This document shows, piece by piece, positions 1 to 12,475 of a stretch of 64,000 bases of DNA. Position numbers and translations under genes: made by a program. How positions within the stretch are numbered: position 1 is the stretch's first letter; each line of letters begins with the position of its first letter. Source of the stretch: Hamiltosporidium tvaerminnensis FI-OER-3-3 (taxonomy: Eukaryota; Fungi; Microsporidia); assembly GCA_022605425.2 (NCBI GenBank), contig CM061249.1, positions 124,001 through 188,000 on the forward strand. The letters are read 5' to 3'. The notes below the pieces were generated by a model, which made no database searches, was not told where the DNA came from, and saw only the letters and a program-made list of their open reading frames with translations.

Positions 1-1110
1 TTTTATACAAAATTCCCGATCAATGCTTTAATATGCTGTCTTGTAGTCTAAAAAAACATGATGTGTTGGGATTTTGTGTTCATAGCATTCTTCAAGTATC
101 ATTCTTAAAGTAAAAATTTGATCAGTTGTTGATCGGTCTCTTCTGAATGTACATTGATATTCATAAGAGCTCTTTCGGCGTATAGCTCTACTCATTTTGA
201 AATTATTCTTCTGAGAATTTGTATTTAATATTCAGAAGATATATTCCCCTATAGTTAGAGCACCGTGTTTTAAGTCGTTTTTTATAATAGGAAGTATCAG
301 ACAACATTTCACTTACTAGGTATCCTTTCATGGATTCATATTTTTTTGATTAAGTTATAAAGTCGTTCATTAAGGAATCATCCCTATATTTTAAAAGTTC
401 GGATTTGAGCTTATCTTATCGAGCGCTTTATTGTTCTTTAGATCCATTATAGCATCTGTTGTCTCCGGAACAGTTGTTTCTCCATCTTCAATAAGATCAC
501 TATTATTCAACAAATTTCTCGCTCATTATATTGTCTGCTTCATATTTCATTTTACAATTAAGCTGCTTTTCGAAGTATATAACCTATCCATTTCAGATTT
601 TTTTGGATACGTAAGCAGAAACCTGTCAGTACATTCTACCATCATATTTCGGGCTTGAAAACCTCTTTTCTCGTTCCTTATATTTTCGTACATTTTACGA
701 ATCTCTTTATTTTCAGCCATTTTTTATATTTCCCGAATCTAATGTTCTTCTTTAGCTTTTTTCTTCTTTCTCAAAACATCGGATCCTTAAGTCCTTGCTC
801 GGCTGAACTCTCGACGGTGTTTCAGTTTTTTCTCGTAGCTCTTTTAATATAGCCAAATTTTGTTTTTTTGGTAACATCCACTTATTCCTGATCATACCAG
901 GTGTCTTTCTTTTTGTGTTTCTTATATCCCAGTACTATATCTGCTTCTTGTTTAATTTATTCCTTAATGCGAACCCAATGTTTATCTTACTCATCTGGTA
1001 ATTCACATGTATCTTCGCTCAAGCATTTATTCCGTTTATTGGCAAATTTCTCTGATATAGATGTCTCGCAAGTTATCGCAATCTTATCTTTTAGATTTGA
1101 TTCTTAAAGG
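1..1110 (-). mobile_element. Decayed RTE-clade non-LTR retrotransposon (LINE) ORF fragment, running off the window start
   Basis: Minus-strand translation across stops and frameshifts gives IKQEADIVLGYKKHKKKDTWYDQE, KNNKA, CSNYRGIYLLNI and EYQCTFRRDRSTTDQIFTLRMILEECYEHKIPTHHVFLDYKTAY. These match the pre-RT and early RT motifs of RTE/BovB-type LINEs. Confidence 0.85.
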
Positions 1111-1442
1111 TGTTTATAAAGTTTTTACAATAAGGCTTTTCCTAAAAGTTATTTAATTATTAAGTTTTTTTGATTATAATTTAGTGTATTTGACAGGTCA
1201 TTCAATTTACTTATGTTTATTTTTCTTTTAAAATTATGCATGGGTTATAAATATTAGAAGAGTAATTAGAATATTGTGATTTACTTGTTATAAGATGTAT
1301 ATTAGAATATTTATTTATACAGGAATAGAGGTATTGATAAATTGTATAGTACACATTTTAAAATGTATCTTCAAATACTATAAAAAATAGAAGAATATAA
1401 AAAAATAAATGCTCATATAGTACTTATTATAAGATATATCTT

Positions 1443-1660
1443 AAAGGACTACAAATACCCATGAATGTAGAGGCATATATATAGAATTTATAGTTATTAT
1501 CATATGATGTATCACAAAGGACTACAAATACCTATGAATGTAGAGGCATATATAGAATTTATAGTTATTATCATATTATGTATATTAAAGGACTACAAAT
1601 ACCCATGAATGTAGAGGCATATATACATAGAATTTATATATTATCATATGATGTATCTTA
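1443..1660 (+). repeat. Tandem repeat, 3 x ~72 bp, partly derived from R4-like retroelement coding sequence
   Basis: Units start at 1443, 1516 and 1587 (AAAGGACTACAAATACCCATGAATGTAGAGGCATATAT...). The core matches ~25838-25885. Confidence 0.9.
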
Positions 1661-2026
1661 AAATATAATTATTTATATTAAAAATATACTTAAATATTGG
1701 GTTTTCTTTATTCATAATCTTAACGTTTTGTTATGTTTAAAGAACAACCATTTGCATTAAAAGGAGCAATAATATATGGTTCTTTTGATTATTTAACTGT
1801 ATGGAAATATTATATTCTTAACTACCATTGGTTTTCTTATTTTTTAATTTTATTAATACTATTTGTGTATTACTTGTGATTAAAAATTCAGGTTTTTTTT
1901 AAAAATAAAAGAATAAAATATAATAATTAGAAGTATTATAAAAAAAAGGTATTTTTAGAGTAGAAATTTATTGAAATTTAATAATTAAATGAATATATAT
2001 GTGATGAAGAGGTATTATCAGATTAT

Positions 2027-2125
2027 AAATATCAGTTATTATTGTGGTTATAATTAATATATCAGTTATTATTGTGTTTATAACTTATTATATCAGTTAT
2101 TATTATACGATTATATCAGTTATGT
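2027..2125. repeat. Short tandem repeat (~20-30 bp units, ATATCAGTTATTATT core, 4 copies)
   Basis: ATATCAGTTAT occurs four times between 2029 and 2123. Confidence 0.75.
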
Positions 2126-2402
2126 TATTATGACAGTTTTTTTGGTATTTCTAATATTCTATGAAATAGAAGTTTGAAATGATAATTTATTAAAAATATT
2201 TTGAATGATTGATATAAATAATTGTTAAATTAAAAAATAAAAGAAGAAAATAAGAAAACAAAATTAAATTTTCTATTTTAAAATTTTAATGATTTAAGTT
2301 TCGTTAAAAAGACAGAATATTAAATTTAAAATTCAAAATTCTAATAATTTATATTTCTAATCACTAAATACAACTATATACTAGTAAATACTCTAAGTTA
2401 AA

Positions 2403-3872
2403 TTATATGTTTGCCCATTCAGGTAATTCACATTCATAAGTATTACCGTTAAATACATATTTATATGCATGTAAGCATATATACTCATTATAATTTCTAA
2501 AACTTTTACTTTTTATTCCTTTACAATTATTGATAGCAAAACGGTATTTAGAATGTGTTTGTGTGTGGTCAAGAGGTGTAAAACAACCAAAAGAGATTTC
2601 ATTGGATTCGTTTGGTATTTGGTGGTATCCATATTTAATATCATTAATAATAGGAAATCCTATACTACTGAGATGTGCACGTATTTGATGAGGTCTTCCT
2701 GTTAGAGGCATACATTCTATCAAAGAATATTCTTTATTTCTTTTTAAACAATAAAAATCTGTAAAACTTTCTTTTCCTTGTTCATCTACAAAACTCTTTT
2801 TTCCTTTTACGAATTTAAGTTTTTTATTTACAGATATTTTATTTGGAAAATTTCCTTTAACTAAAGCTACATAAAATTTTTTTGTTGAAGAATTTTTTAT
2901 TATTTTGTGGTATTTTTGACTGTTAAGAAAAGCAATAATTAATATTCCTGAAACTGGTAAATCTAATCTGTTTATACAACTTAAAGTTATTTTTGGATTG
3001 AAAGTGGCAAAGTTGAAATTTAAGAGCAACGGAAAGTCTTTCTCTAAGAATTTTTGGTTTGTATTGTTTATTGAAGATTCAGAATTGTTAATTTTAATAT
3101 CCTTCTTCTCAAGGAAAATATGGTCTGTTTCATTCATTAGAGATTCGGAATTATTGGTGTTAATATCCTTTGTATTTATTGAATAATTCTCTTTGTCATT
3201 AAAATTCTGGTTTGTATTGTCCGTTGAAGCGAAAGAATCATTGGTTTTAATATCCTTTGTATTTATTGAATAATTCTCTTTGTCATTAAAATTCTGGTTT
3301 GTATTGTCCGTTGAAGAGAAAGAATTTTTAATATTATTTTCGTTTGTTTCAATTAAATAATTCTCTTTCATATATAAATTCTGGTTTGTATTGTCCGTTG
3401 AAGATTCAGAATCGTTGGTTTTATTTTTGTTTTTTTCAATTCTATAATTCCTTTTCTCATTATAAGATTGAAATTCTTTATTGAGGAACTCAGAATTATT
3501 AAATATTTCAAAATATACAAATTGTTTTAAACTTTGTGAAACACTACAATGAAAATATTCAGTCGTAGGATGACAAGGAACACCAAACGGTTTCTCTAAA
3601 ACAAGATATTCTGATTCGATTTTTATTATTTTTAATTGTTTTGGTAATGGTTCGTGTATATGAACTGTATGGTATAAAATATCGTTGGAAGATAATATTT
3701 TATCTGGATTTGTTGGTTGATCATTTATTGTAATTGCCTGTGATATAATTGCATTTGTGTAATATGAAGGTGGTCGGTGTGTAAATTCTGAGCTGAGTGC
3801 TTCTTGTAATGGCTTGTTGAGCCAACGTCCTTTTATATGCGATTTATATGTGTGAAAATATGAAACTGACAT
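2403..3872 (-). CDS. RluA-family tRNA pseudouridine synthase (Pus8/Pus9/Rib2-like) with N-terminal S4-like domain
   Basis: Motifs EKPFGVPCHP, CINRLDLPVSG (catalytic Asp), KFYVALVKG, PLTGRPHQIRAHL, PIINDIKY and LHAYKY. CCCC lies just upstream of the ATG. Confidence 0.9.
   Translation of the reverse strand: MSVSYFHTYKSHIKGRWLNKPLQEALSSEFTHRPPSYYTNAIISQAITINDQPTNPDKILSSNDILYHTVHIHEPLPKQLKIIKIESEYLVLEKPFGVPCHPTTEYFHCSVSQSLKQFVYFEIFNNSEFLNKEFQSYNEKRNYRIEKNKNKTNDSESSTDNTNQNLYMKENYLIETNENNIKNSFSSTDNTNQNFNDKENYSINTKDIKTNDSFASTDNTNQNFNDKENYSINTKDINTNNSESLMNETDHIFLEKKDIKINNSESSINNTNQKFLEKDFPLLLNFNFATFNPKITLSCINRLDLPVSGILIIAFLNSQKYHKIIKNSSTKKFYVALVKGNFPNKISVNKKLKFVKGKKSFVDEQGKESFTDFYCLKRNKEYSLIECMPLTGRPHQIRAHLSSIGFPIINDIKYGYHQIPNESNEISFGCFTPLDHTQTHSKYRFAINNCKGIKSKSFRNYNEYICLHAYKYVFNGNTYECELPEWANI
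3050..3425 (-). repeat. In-frame 87-bp (29-aa) repeat within the pseudouridine synthase, ~5 degenerate copies
   Basis: CTGGTTTGTATTGTCCGTTGAAG recurs near 3207, 3294 and 3381 (87-bp period), with weaker copies near 3053 and 3121. Protein unit: STDNTNQNFNDKENYSINTKDI. Confidence 0.9.
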
Positions 3873-6095
3873 TTTGAAAAGGGGAATCCGAAATTATAAA
3901 AACAAAATAGAAATAATAAAAAGAAATAGAAGAGGCAGAAGAAAAATATAAATAGAAAGAAATATATTTAAAGAAACATTGGAAAGAAATAAGAAAACTA
4001 GAAATAAGGGAAAGACACGAGGAAGAAATATATATTTAAAGAAACATAGGAAAGAAATATAAATATTAGAAAAAAATAAGAAAACTAGAAAAAAATTAAG
4101 AAAAATTGAAATGAGAGAAAGAAATTTATTTTATAGAAATATTAGAAAGAAATACGAATATAAGAAATAATACGAATATAAGAGAAATAATTATATTTAA
4201 AGAAATAAAAAATTTGAAAATAATTCATATTTAATACTGAGAGTTATATGATTAGTTAGTTATTTTTAAGTTTTTGTCAACATTTTTTCTTTATATTTGA
4301 GATTTTCATAGATTTCGAAGTCAATTTTTTGATTCTGTTTGTTGGATTCACAGTTTGGTTTTTTGTTTGGATTACAAATATTCCTCGGTCTAGTATATGT
4401 TTAGAGATATATTGTTCTTGTTTTCAGCTTCATATAAATAAGGTAATATCTTATTCTCATAGAGATTTGTCTCGATTCAAATCCAAAATTATTTTTTTTT
4501 ACTACGATTGATTGTATATATTTAGTCTGGTATTTGGTAATATATAAGGTACGTTTTGTGATATTTCATTATGAAGAAATTAAAAATTATAATAAATTTG
4601 ATTTTCTAATTACAAAATAAGTATTAAACTCAAATTATTGTCAAAAAGTCCATTTCTCTTTGATTTTTCAGATTCGAAGATATTAAAATAGTTATTAGAT
4701 TATTTTAACTATAATAGTTTTAATATTATTCATTTTCCTATTTCAATTAAATATGTCTGGTTCTTTTATTCCGAATTCTACATAATTTCTATTTCGTTTC
4801 TGTCGCTAAAAATTTTATTAAAAACGTATTTTTCTAACTGAAATTAAATCTTTAGTGATTAATAAAATTACAAATTAAATCTTAAAAATATTATAAATTT
4901 AGAAGTCATTTAAAACCATTATAAACGTATTAACCAAGTATGCATTTTATCGACAAAATAGCTGTATATTCTAAGGTTTTATCTTATGTCTTTTAGTTTT
5001 TTCATACAGTATGATTATATGAAAGAAGTAAATGAAACTATATTATTTCAATATTATAAATATATTCGATTATTTAACATCAAGTACTAGTATTATTTTA
5101 AATAATTAGAACTCTATTGGATATTGGATACCTCTTTATAAATATTTACCTAAATAATAGATATACTTTTTATAAAATGAAGTTCTAGTTTAATCCAACT
5201 TACTTATACAATAAATATGAATTTGAATCTTTTGATTTATATATTTATTTATTCAAAAAAACAGGTGAAAATGTGTTTTGAAATCAAATAGAAAGATAAA
5301 CTCAAATCTGAAATTCCGAATAATATTTTAAGAAATATTTTTAATAAAAATTATAAATGATTTCCTTTGTACTACTCAACCAAAAATGAGTAATGATGTG
5401 ATCAATTACACAAAATAGTATTTGTAGATTTAGTATCAAACAATTATAATTTTCTTGCAATGAGATCTGGAATAGAAAATATACAATTTGGTACTTAAAT
5501 GTTATAATCTAACTTTATATTAATCATCAATCCTCAAAAAAGTATTCTATAGAATGTCTGATTTTATTCTTATGTTTAAAACTAAAACAAGAATATATTT
5601 GTATAGTTATTAGATACATCAGTAATACTATGTAAAGATTTTATTAACCAATAATAGAAACGGAAATTATAAAAAGGATTCAGTAAATTTCGAGGAATGA
5701 AATGCCTTTTATTAAGAAAGTGCACACCAAGATCAAGAAATATCAATGTCTAAACATTATTTAAAATTTTAAACCGTAAAAAAACACGAAATTATCAACT
5801 ATAAGTTAAAGATATAAAAAAATTCTATTTTTGAATGAATCAGAGGAAAAATTAAATTTTACCTAAATATTTTTATTTTCTATTTGATGGATTACTAAGA
5901 AAAAGACATATTCGTTATATAATCGACAAAAAATACTTAATTTTATATTTCTTTTATATTTTAATTCTTATTGTATTTCCCAAAATTTTCTAATGAAAAA
6001 TTATTTTGAATTTACATTTTAGTTAAATTGTATTTAATTTACCAAAATATCTTTTTTTAAAAAAATAGAAATTAATTAATAATAAACCCTTATAA

Positions 6096-7274
6096 ATGGA
6101 TCGTTCTACAGAAACAGAATTATTTCTTGTTACAAGTATATCCTATACATCTATGTTGGCTTATAAGTGTATGAATATTCAGAATTCATTGGCTTTGGAA
6201 TTGATATTTTGGATTTTACCACAATATATTGCTATCTGTTATCCTGATTGGATAGTATATTTATATATCATGCTTATCTGTATAATATTTTTGAAACGTA
6301 AAAATTTATTTGTAAAGTATAAAGAAGAACCAATAAAGAATTATTATCCTATTTTGGATTCTTATAGGGCGTATTTGATGCTGATGGTTGTTATTTCAAT
6401 ATTTGCTGTTGATTTCAATTTTTATCCAGAGAGATTTAAAAAAAGTTCATTTTTTGGACTAACTTTGATGGATGTAGGAATTGGATCGTTTTTATTTAAT
6501 TCGGGTGCAATGTCCGTCAAAATGAGTCGAATTAAGTTGATATTTAATAGTTTGATAATGATAGGCTTAGGGTTTGTAAGACTTTTTACTATTTTGTATT
6601 TTAATTATACAGTAGATATTACAGAATATGGATATCACATGAACTTCTATTTTATTCTCGGAGCAGTATATTTGATATATGGAATAATTAGAAGTAAGTA
6701 TAATTTTAAGATTGCTTTGCTTCTAACTGTAATATATGAATATTTTTTACGAGTAAAAAATCAAGATGTTTTTATTTTTTCCGAATATAGAAATAGTTTA
6801 TTTTTAAAGAACAAAGAAGGTATTTATTCTATCCTACCATCTTTAACCATTTTTATGTTTTCCAGTGAATTTGGTAATATTGGATTCAGTAAAGATAGTA
6901 ACAAAGAAAAATATATGAAAATACTAGGTATGTCTTGTATGTTTTTGTTTATATATTATATTTCCAATGGATATATGATTGCATCTCGTAGATTAGGAAA
7001 TCTTACTTATGTTTCTTGGATAGTTGGACTACATTCTTTACATTTATTTCTGAGTTTAACAGTAACTGCATTTGTAAGCTTCAAACCTTTACGATTACAT
7101 GTCTGGGTTAGTAAGAATATGCTTACCTTGTTTTTATTTAGCAATATACTCGTTTTGATTGGAAATCTTTTATTTGACTGGAAAAAGATTAATGAAATGC
7201 TAGGAAATATTGTAAATATCAGTTATATATTCATATCAATTATAATTCCATATATATTTACAAAAAATAAATAA
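6096..7274 (+). CDS. GWT1: GPI-anchor inositol acyltransferase Gwt1/PIG-W
   Basis: Multi-pass hydrophobic protein with AVDF..YP.RF.K..FG..LMDVGIGSF, TEYG.H.NF, NKEGI.S and SRRLGNL. Upstream context CCCTTATAAATG. Confidence 0.92.
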   Translation: MDRSTETELFLVTSISYTSMLAYKCMNIQNSLALELIFWILPQYIAICYPDWIVYLYIMLICIIFLKRKNLFVKYKEEPIKNYYPILDSYRAYLMLMVVISIFAVDFNFYPERFKKSSFFGLTLMDVGIGSFLFNSGAMSVKMSRIKLIFNSLIMIGLGFVRLFTILYFNYTVDITEYGYHMNFYFILGAVYLIYGIIRSKYNFKIALLLTVIYEYFLRVKNQDVFIFSEYRNSLFLKNKEGIYSILPSLTIFMFSSEFGNIGFSKDSNKEKYMKILGMSCMFLFIYYISNGYMIASRRLGNLTYVSWIVGLHSLHLFLSLTVTAFVSFKPLRLHVWVSKNMLTLFLFSNILVLIGNLLFDWKKINEMLGNIVNISYIFISIIIPYIFTKNK

Positions 7275-7369
7275 ATTGTAGTATTTGTTAATGCAGATCG
7301 ATTTCTTATTTTTAGTAAAAATTGTTTATTGTGTATTTTTTAAACATATTCTCTCAAATATATTTGTTC

Positions 7370-8101
7370 GATAAAAATAAATATTTTTTAAAGAAATATC
7401 ACATCTTTTTAAAAAAGTGGCAAGTGTTACATTTTTTCTAGACATTAACCTATTTCTAGGTTTAAGATAAATAACTGCTCGGTGGCACACCATCGGTAGC
7501 CCATACGATACCAATATCTTAATGCCTTTCATTCTACTGATGTTAAGAACCAAATTAATGCGCGATACAGTTGCCCGGAGTTCTTTAATTTCCATTGCAT
7601 GAAGTGTAATTGTAGGTCGAAACTCACCTGGGCTCACATAAGACTATGCAGCATTCCCGCTTTCACTACACCTTCCAAAATAACTAAGCTTTTAAGTAAG
7701 ATATATCTCGGCGACTAAATGGGGTCTAGATAGACGTTAAAATGCCATATCAACAGGTATAAACTGCTATTTAGCTTTCCGAGCTTTAAGGGATTCTTTT
7801 TTTTTTATATCTCCTAGGCGATAAGTCTTCTAATCCGAGTGAAAAGGCAAACGGTTTAAGCTTTTTATGGCAATTATCACTAGTTCAGTTGACGTCGGTG
7901 ATATAGTTGCATAAAAAAACACAGAAATGATTTCTATAAATAGTTTCACTTTTATATAATTCGTTTTTCTCTACAAACTTGATAGAACGCTCGACGATAT
8001 AATATGGTTTTATTCCCACCAAATTCTAAACTTTCAGCTTGAGAACAATTTTATCTATTAATTGAAACGCAGATGATTTTTTATTTGCTTATCGTCCTAC
8101 A
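7370..8101 (-). repeat. Dispersed ~750-bp repeat family, copy 1 (candidate solo LTR or non-autonomous element)
   Basis: Colinear with 34225-34977 and 19110-19857; shared blocks GTGGCAAGTGTTA, GTTGCCCGGAGTTC, AAGACTATGCAGCATTCCC and CAGGTATAA.CTGCTA. Confidence 0.85.
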
Positions 8102-8597
8102 CTATTAATTGAAATGAATAAAAATTTACAACAAATCATAATAAATAAAATCAAAAGTGTCTCTTATGTAGATTTAAATGATTGATCAGATTTAAATCGA
8201 TTATTTTAATTATGTGTATCTAAAGAAATCAATTTATTACATTTGAAATTGCTAAATATATACCAAAAAATTGTTTGGCGAACTCATTTTACTTTTTTTT
8301 TATGTAAATGAAATACAATTTTAATATATGATATTATGAAAAAAAATCGATCAATTGCATATATTCTAGTTTCAAATTGTCATTAGTTTTATGATACCAT
8401 ATTACGGTACTAAAAATGTTAGTAAAAATAAACCAACTAGCAGTTATATCTCAAAAATGAATTAAATCCAAAACATTTTTTACGATTATTTGTGAAATTA
8501 TAAAGATTCTACTATTAGGTGTTGGTAATATAAACGAATATAAGATTTTATATGTATTTTGAAGAAATAATTTAAAATAAAATATATATAAAAATCT

Positions 8598-10166
8598 TTA
8601 TTTGTTAAGAATTTTAACAAGATCTAATATCTCTTTTGTAGCAGAATCGTTATCATCGTGTTTCTTCTCTTCAATATCCTTAAGTATTTCTTTAGCCATA
8701 GTCTTTCCCAGTTCAACACCAAATTGATCAAAGGAATTAATATTCCAATAAATACCCTGTATAAATATCTTGTGCTCATATAATGAAATTAGAGCGCCGA
8801 GTGTCTTTGGTGTTAGTTTGGAATAACACATGGTTATAGAAGGTCTATTTCCTGTAAAATTACGATGCAAATTTGTTTTTGATTTTTTTCCAATTGCAAG
8901 TGCTCTGCTTTGTGCTAAGCAGTTAGATATGAGCATTTGGTGGTGAGATACATTACCACATTTGTAATCATTTAAAGGACTGAGTGGCATTAGAAATTCA
9001 TACAATGTTTCTCGGGTTCCTTGATGAGAAAGTTGAAAAAATGAATGCTGTGCATCGGTTCCAGTACCACCCCAAATAATAAAACATGTTCTTTCTACTT
9101 TTTCATTGTTTTTTGTAATCGATTTTCCATTACTTTCCATTTCGGCTTGTTGTAAATAAGAAGGCAATGTACTTAAATATTGATCATATGGAACAATACA
9201 TTTGTTGTTGTAATGAAGCCTGTGATTATAGAATATTTCTATCACAGCATGTAGAATAGGAATATTTTCATTTTTTTTGACAGATTTAAAGTGTTCATCC
9301 ATAATTGAGGCGCCTTTTAAAAATTCAAGAAAATTATCAAATCCAATATAAAGACACAAAATCAAGCCCACGGTGCTCCATACTGAATATCTACCACCTA
9401 CATAATCCCACATTCCAAAAACATTTTTTATCCCGAATTTTTTAACTTCATCCAAATTTGAACTCACAGCAACAAAGTGATGCTGCGCAATATCTTTCTC
9501 CGGTAATTTCAGAGCATCTTTCATCATATTTAGTGCTAGATTTCCGTTTGAAATTGTTTCCAAAGTTGTAAATGTTTTACTAACAACTATAAACAACGTT
9601 TTCTTGGGATCAATGTTATCGAAAACAAGTTTAGTATCTGTTCCATCGATATTTGATATGAAATAGACTTTTGTATTTCCTTTTTTATAGAAATTTAAAG
9701 CGTGGCAAGCCATCTTCGGCCCTAAATCACTACCACCTATTCCTATATTAACCACCGTATCTATTTTTTCACCTGTAATACCCAACAATTCTCCATTGTT
9801 GAACTTATCGCTAAATTTCTTCATGCTCATAAATTCTTTATATATTTCCGTACATTCCTTTGTAAGTTCCAAATCCGGAAATTCACCACTAAGTTTTCGT
9901 ATCAAATCTTTATCTCTCAGAGCAGTGTGTAATACCTTTCTATCTTCAGTAAAATTTATCTTTTTGCCAGTAAACATGTCATCTATTTTATCTTCTATGC
10001 CTTTCATATTATCGTATATCGGCTTTAAAGAACCCTCGTCTACATGTGTTCTTGTATAGTCAATATAAATGAATTCGTCTCCTATTTGTATTTTTCTTGT
10101 CAGTTTCAGGTGTCTTTCTTCATTTTTTTCTTCAATTAATTCTTGAATGCTTTTAGACGGTTTCAT
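8598..10166 (-). CDS. PGI1: Glucose-6-phosphate isomerase
   Basis: Motifs IGIGGSDLGP, VSKTFTTLET, WDYVGGRYSVWS, QQAEMESNGK, QHSFFQL.HQG and FDQFGVELGK. Confidence 0.98.
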   Translation of the reverse strand: MKPSKSIQELIEEKNEERHLKLTRKIQIGDEFIYIDYTRTHVDEGSLKPIYDNMKGIEDKIDDMFTGKKINFTEDRKVLHTALRDKDLIRKLSGEFPDLELTKECTEIYKEFMSMKKFSDKFNNGELLGITGEKIDTVVNIGIGGSDLGPKMACHALNFYKKGNTKVYFISNIDGTDTKLVFDNIDPKKTLFIVVSKTFTTLETISNGNLALNMMKDALKLPEKDIAQHHFVAVSSNLDEVKKFGIKNVFGMWDYVGGRYSVWSTVGLILCLYIGFDNFLEFLKGASIMDEHFKSVKKNENIPILHAVIEIFYNHRLHYNNKCIVPYDQYLSTLPSYLQQAEMESNGKSITKNNEKVERTCFIIWGGTGTDAQHSFFQLSHQGTRETLYEFLMPLSPLNDYKCGNVSHHQMLISNCLAQSRALAIGKKSKTNLHRNFTGNRPSITMCYSKLTPKTLGALISLYEHKIFIQGIYWNINSFDQFGVELGKTMAKEILKDIEEKKHDDNDSATKEILDLVKILNK

Positions 10167-12475
10167 TGTTTTCTAAAATGGAAAAAAATTAAATATTTTT
10201 ATTTTCTTATCGAACCAATAGATTATTCCTATTTTAAAATTAAATCAATTATAATTTAAGGAGAAAGAACATATATTGGTTCATTAATTAAAAATTGTAA
10301 GAATATCTTCAAGATATATCCAATGACAAAAATTTTGTGGTGTTTCATAAATTGATTTATCACTAGATTTGATATGTCATCTTTGAAAGGTAATTTTTGA
10401 CAAATTTTGTTGTCCAATAATATTTCAGACAAAAAAAATAAACACTATCAAAGCATGTGATTTCTATTATGCATTAAATTTATATCAGTATAAAACAAGG
10501 GCTCAGCATGCAGCCTAGTCTCAATCTATATTTTACAAAACCAGTTTACTGCTTAACCGAAATTAAATTAAGATAATCATTGGAATGATTTCTTTAAGTT
10601 TGATGCAAAATGGAAAAAAAGAGAGCAAGGTTATTAGAAAGATCGGGGTTTTCAGAGACCGTTCTTCCAAAATTATCAAATAAAATATAATTAATTAAAA
10701 TAGTGTTTTATAACAACTTTAATATATTTTTAATCAAAGTTGTATTCATTTTATTTTATCTTATCGATTCAAGGAAACCCATGTGAACACGATCAAATCC
10801 ACAATTTGAATTAAATCAATATTAAACTGCTTTTTGCACATTTATTTTATTAACAAGCATACAAAAGAATAAAAATATTTTTTTAAGTTTGAAATATTCT
10901 ACTTCCTAATTTATAATAATTGACTCTCATTAAAGTTTCTTATTTTTGGAATCATCCTCAAATTTATTTCAAGTAAATAATAATACTCAAACAAATAATT
11001 TCCGAATTCTGTAATTTTTTTATAAAATTATCGTATTCAACACATTAGATTTTAGTATTTTAGAGAAATGATAAAATTTGTATATGGAGGAATTCTCGAT
11101 CAATTCATAAATTTTTATGTTAAATTTTATGAAATTTTGAATATATAGGCACTTGTTTTGCTATATTTGGATTTAAAATTAAAATATTCTTAATGTATAA
11201 AGTAGTTTCTACTTGGAATTAACCTACGCACATAATACAGAATAATAATACTCTAATAAAGATAAGTCATAATTATAACAATCTTTTTTTAGATACAGAT
11301 TAATCAAATTTACATTTTTATAGTTCCTATGAAAACTTCATGAATGGTTTTATTCTGAAAAATGTAATTGTTGATGATGACTTTTTTAGTTTATAATAAT
11401 ATAAAGGCAATTTTTTAAATAATTTTTTAAGCAAATAATTAATTGATATAATTTCTTTTGAAGAAATTATTTTATTGTATAAACCACAATACAAAATATT
11501 TATTTCTCTTTTTCAAATAAAATAAAAGAAGAATGAAATCATAGACCAGAATGTCTACTTCTCTAAATAAGAGAAGAATACATTTTTGTAGTTTCAATTA
11601 TATTCAAAAGAATGGAATCGTTATGGATTTTAGTATTTTATATTGATTATCTTCTAGTTGCAATTTCCAGTTATGTAATCATTGTTCAGAAAGATAATCA
11701 TGTATAAATTTTTTATTGAGCTAGAGAATTTTAAAAGATATTCTACCAAAAAAATTTATTTATTCTCAACTTTATATTTTAATATATTGTATTTTCTCTT
11801 TATTCGATGTAGGTTTAAGCAATTTTAAACAACAATATTTTATAAACCCGCATTGTTTACTTCATTTGTCGCTCCGTATTAGCAATTGATTTATAACCCC
11901 ACTTTTTTCTAAAATCAAAACACTAGCTTTTATTTCTATTTTTGTGAGAATTATCTAATTCGTATTTTTCATTTCGTCAAATTTTAAATTTTAATATAAA
12001 CTATTTATGAAAGTACAAAACAAAATGATTGCTGTTATGCAGACAGATAAAATAAAATGAAAATAGAATAATTGAACATTTGAAGTATTTTACTAACAAA
12101 ATATCTAAGAAATATTGAAAAAATATATGTATTTATTGTTGAATTTAAAAATATTTTTTATTTTATATTGCCTGTTATTTTTGTAGTTACCAAAACTTAA
12201 AAATGGTTGGAGGGTGGTATGAACTCGACCAAAAAAGTTAAAACTTTTGTTGAATAAACAATGAAATGCATTCTTATATTTCAAGACCCCAATGTTCTGC
12301 TGTCCTGTTTTTAACAAATTCCTGCTGTTTTAAAATAAGTTAAAATATTTCATACTATGGAGTTTCTGAATTCTTAATTGGGAGATAGAGATCAATATAT
12401 AGAATAAATAAAAAAAACCTACTCTAAATTTATAAATTTGAATCAACAAATCTTATATTTTATTTGGTTTTCCTT

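Noticed and set aside
431-1107. Three plus-strand ORFs
   Set aside because: Antisense to the RTE relic, with non-ATG starts.
1443-1660. CRISPR-like array
   Set aside because: The intervening segments are near-identical rather than unique spacers, there are no cas genes, and the context is eukaryotic.
3890-4210. Purine-rich tract upstream of the pseudouridine synthase
   Set aside because: Low-complexity A/G sequence with no ORF or regular period.
7326-7637. 103-aa ORF (and ORFs 12782-13108 and 34697-34906) as genes
   Set aside because: They lie within the dispersed repeat, and other copies have stops or frameshifts in the equivalent frames.
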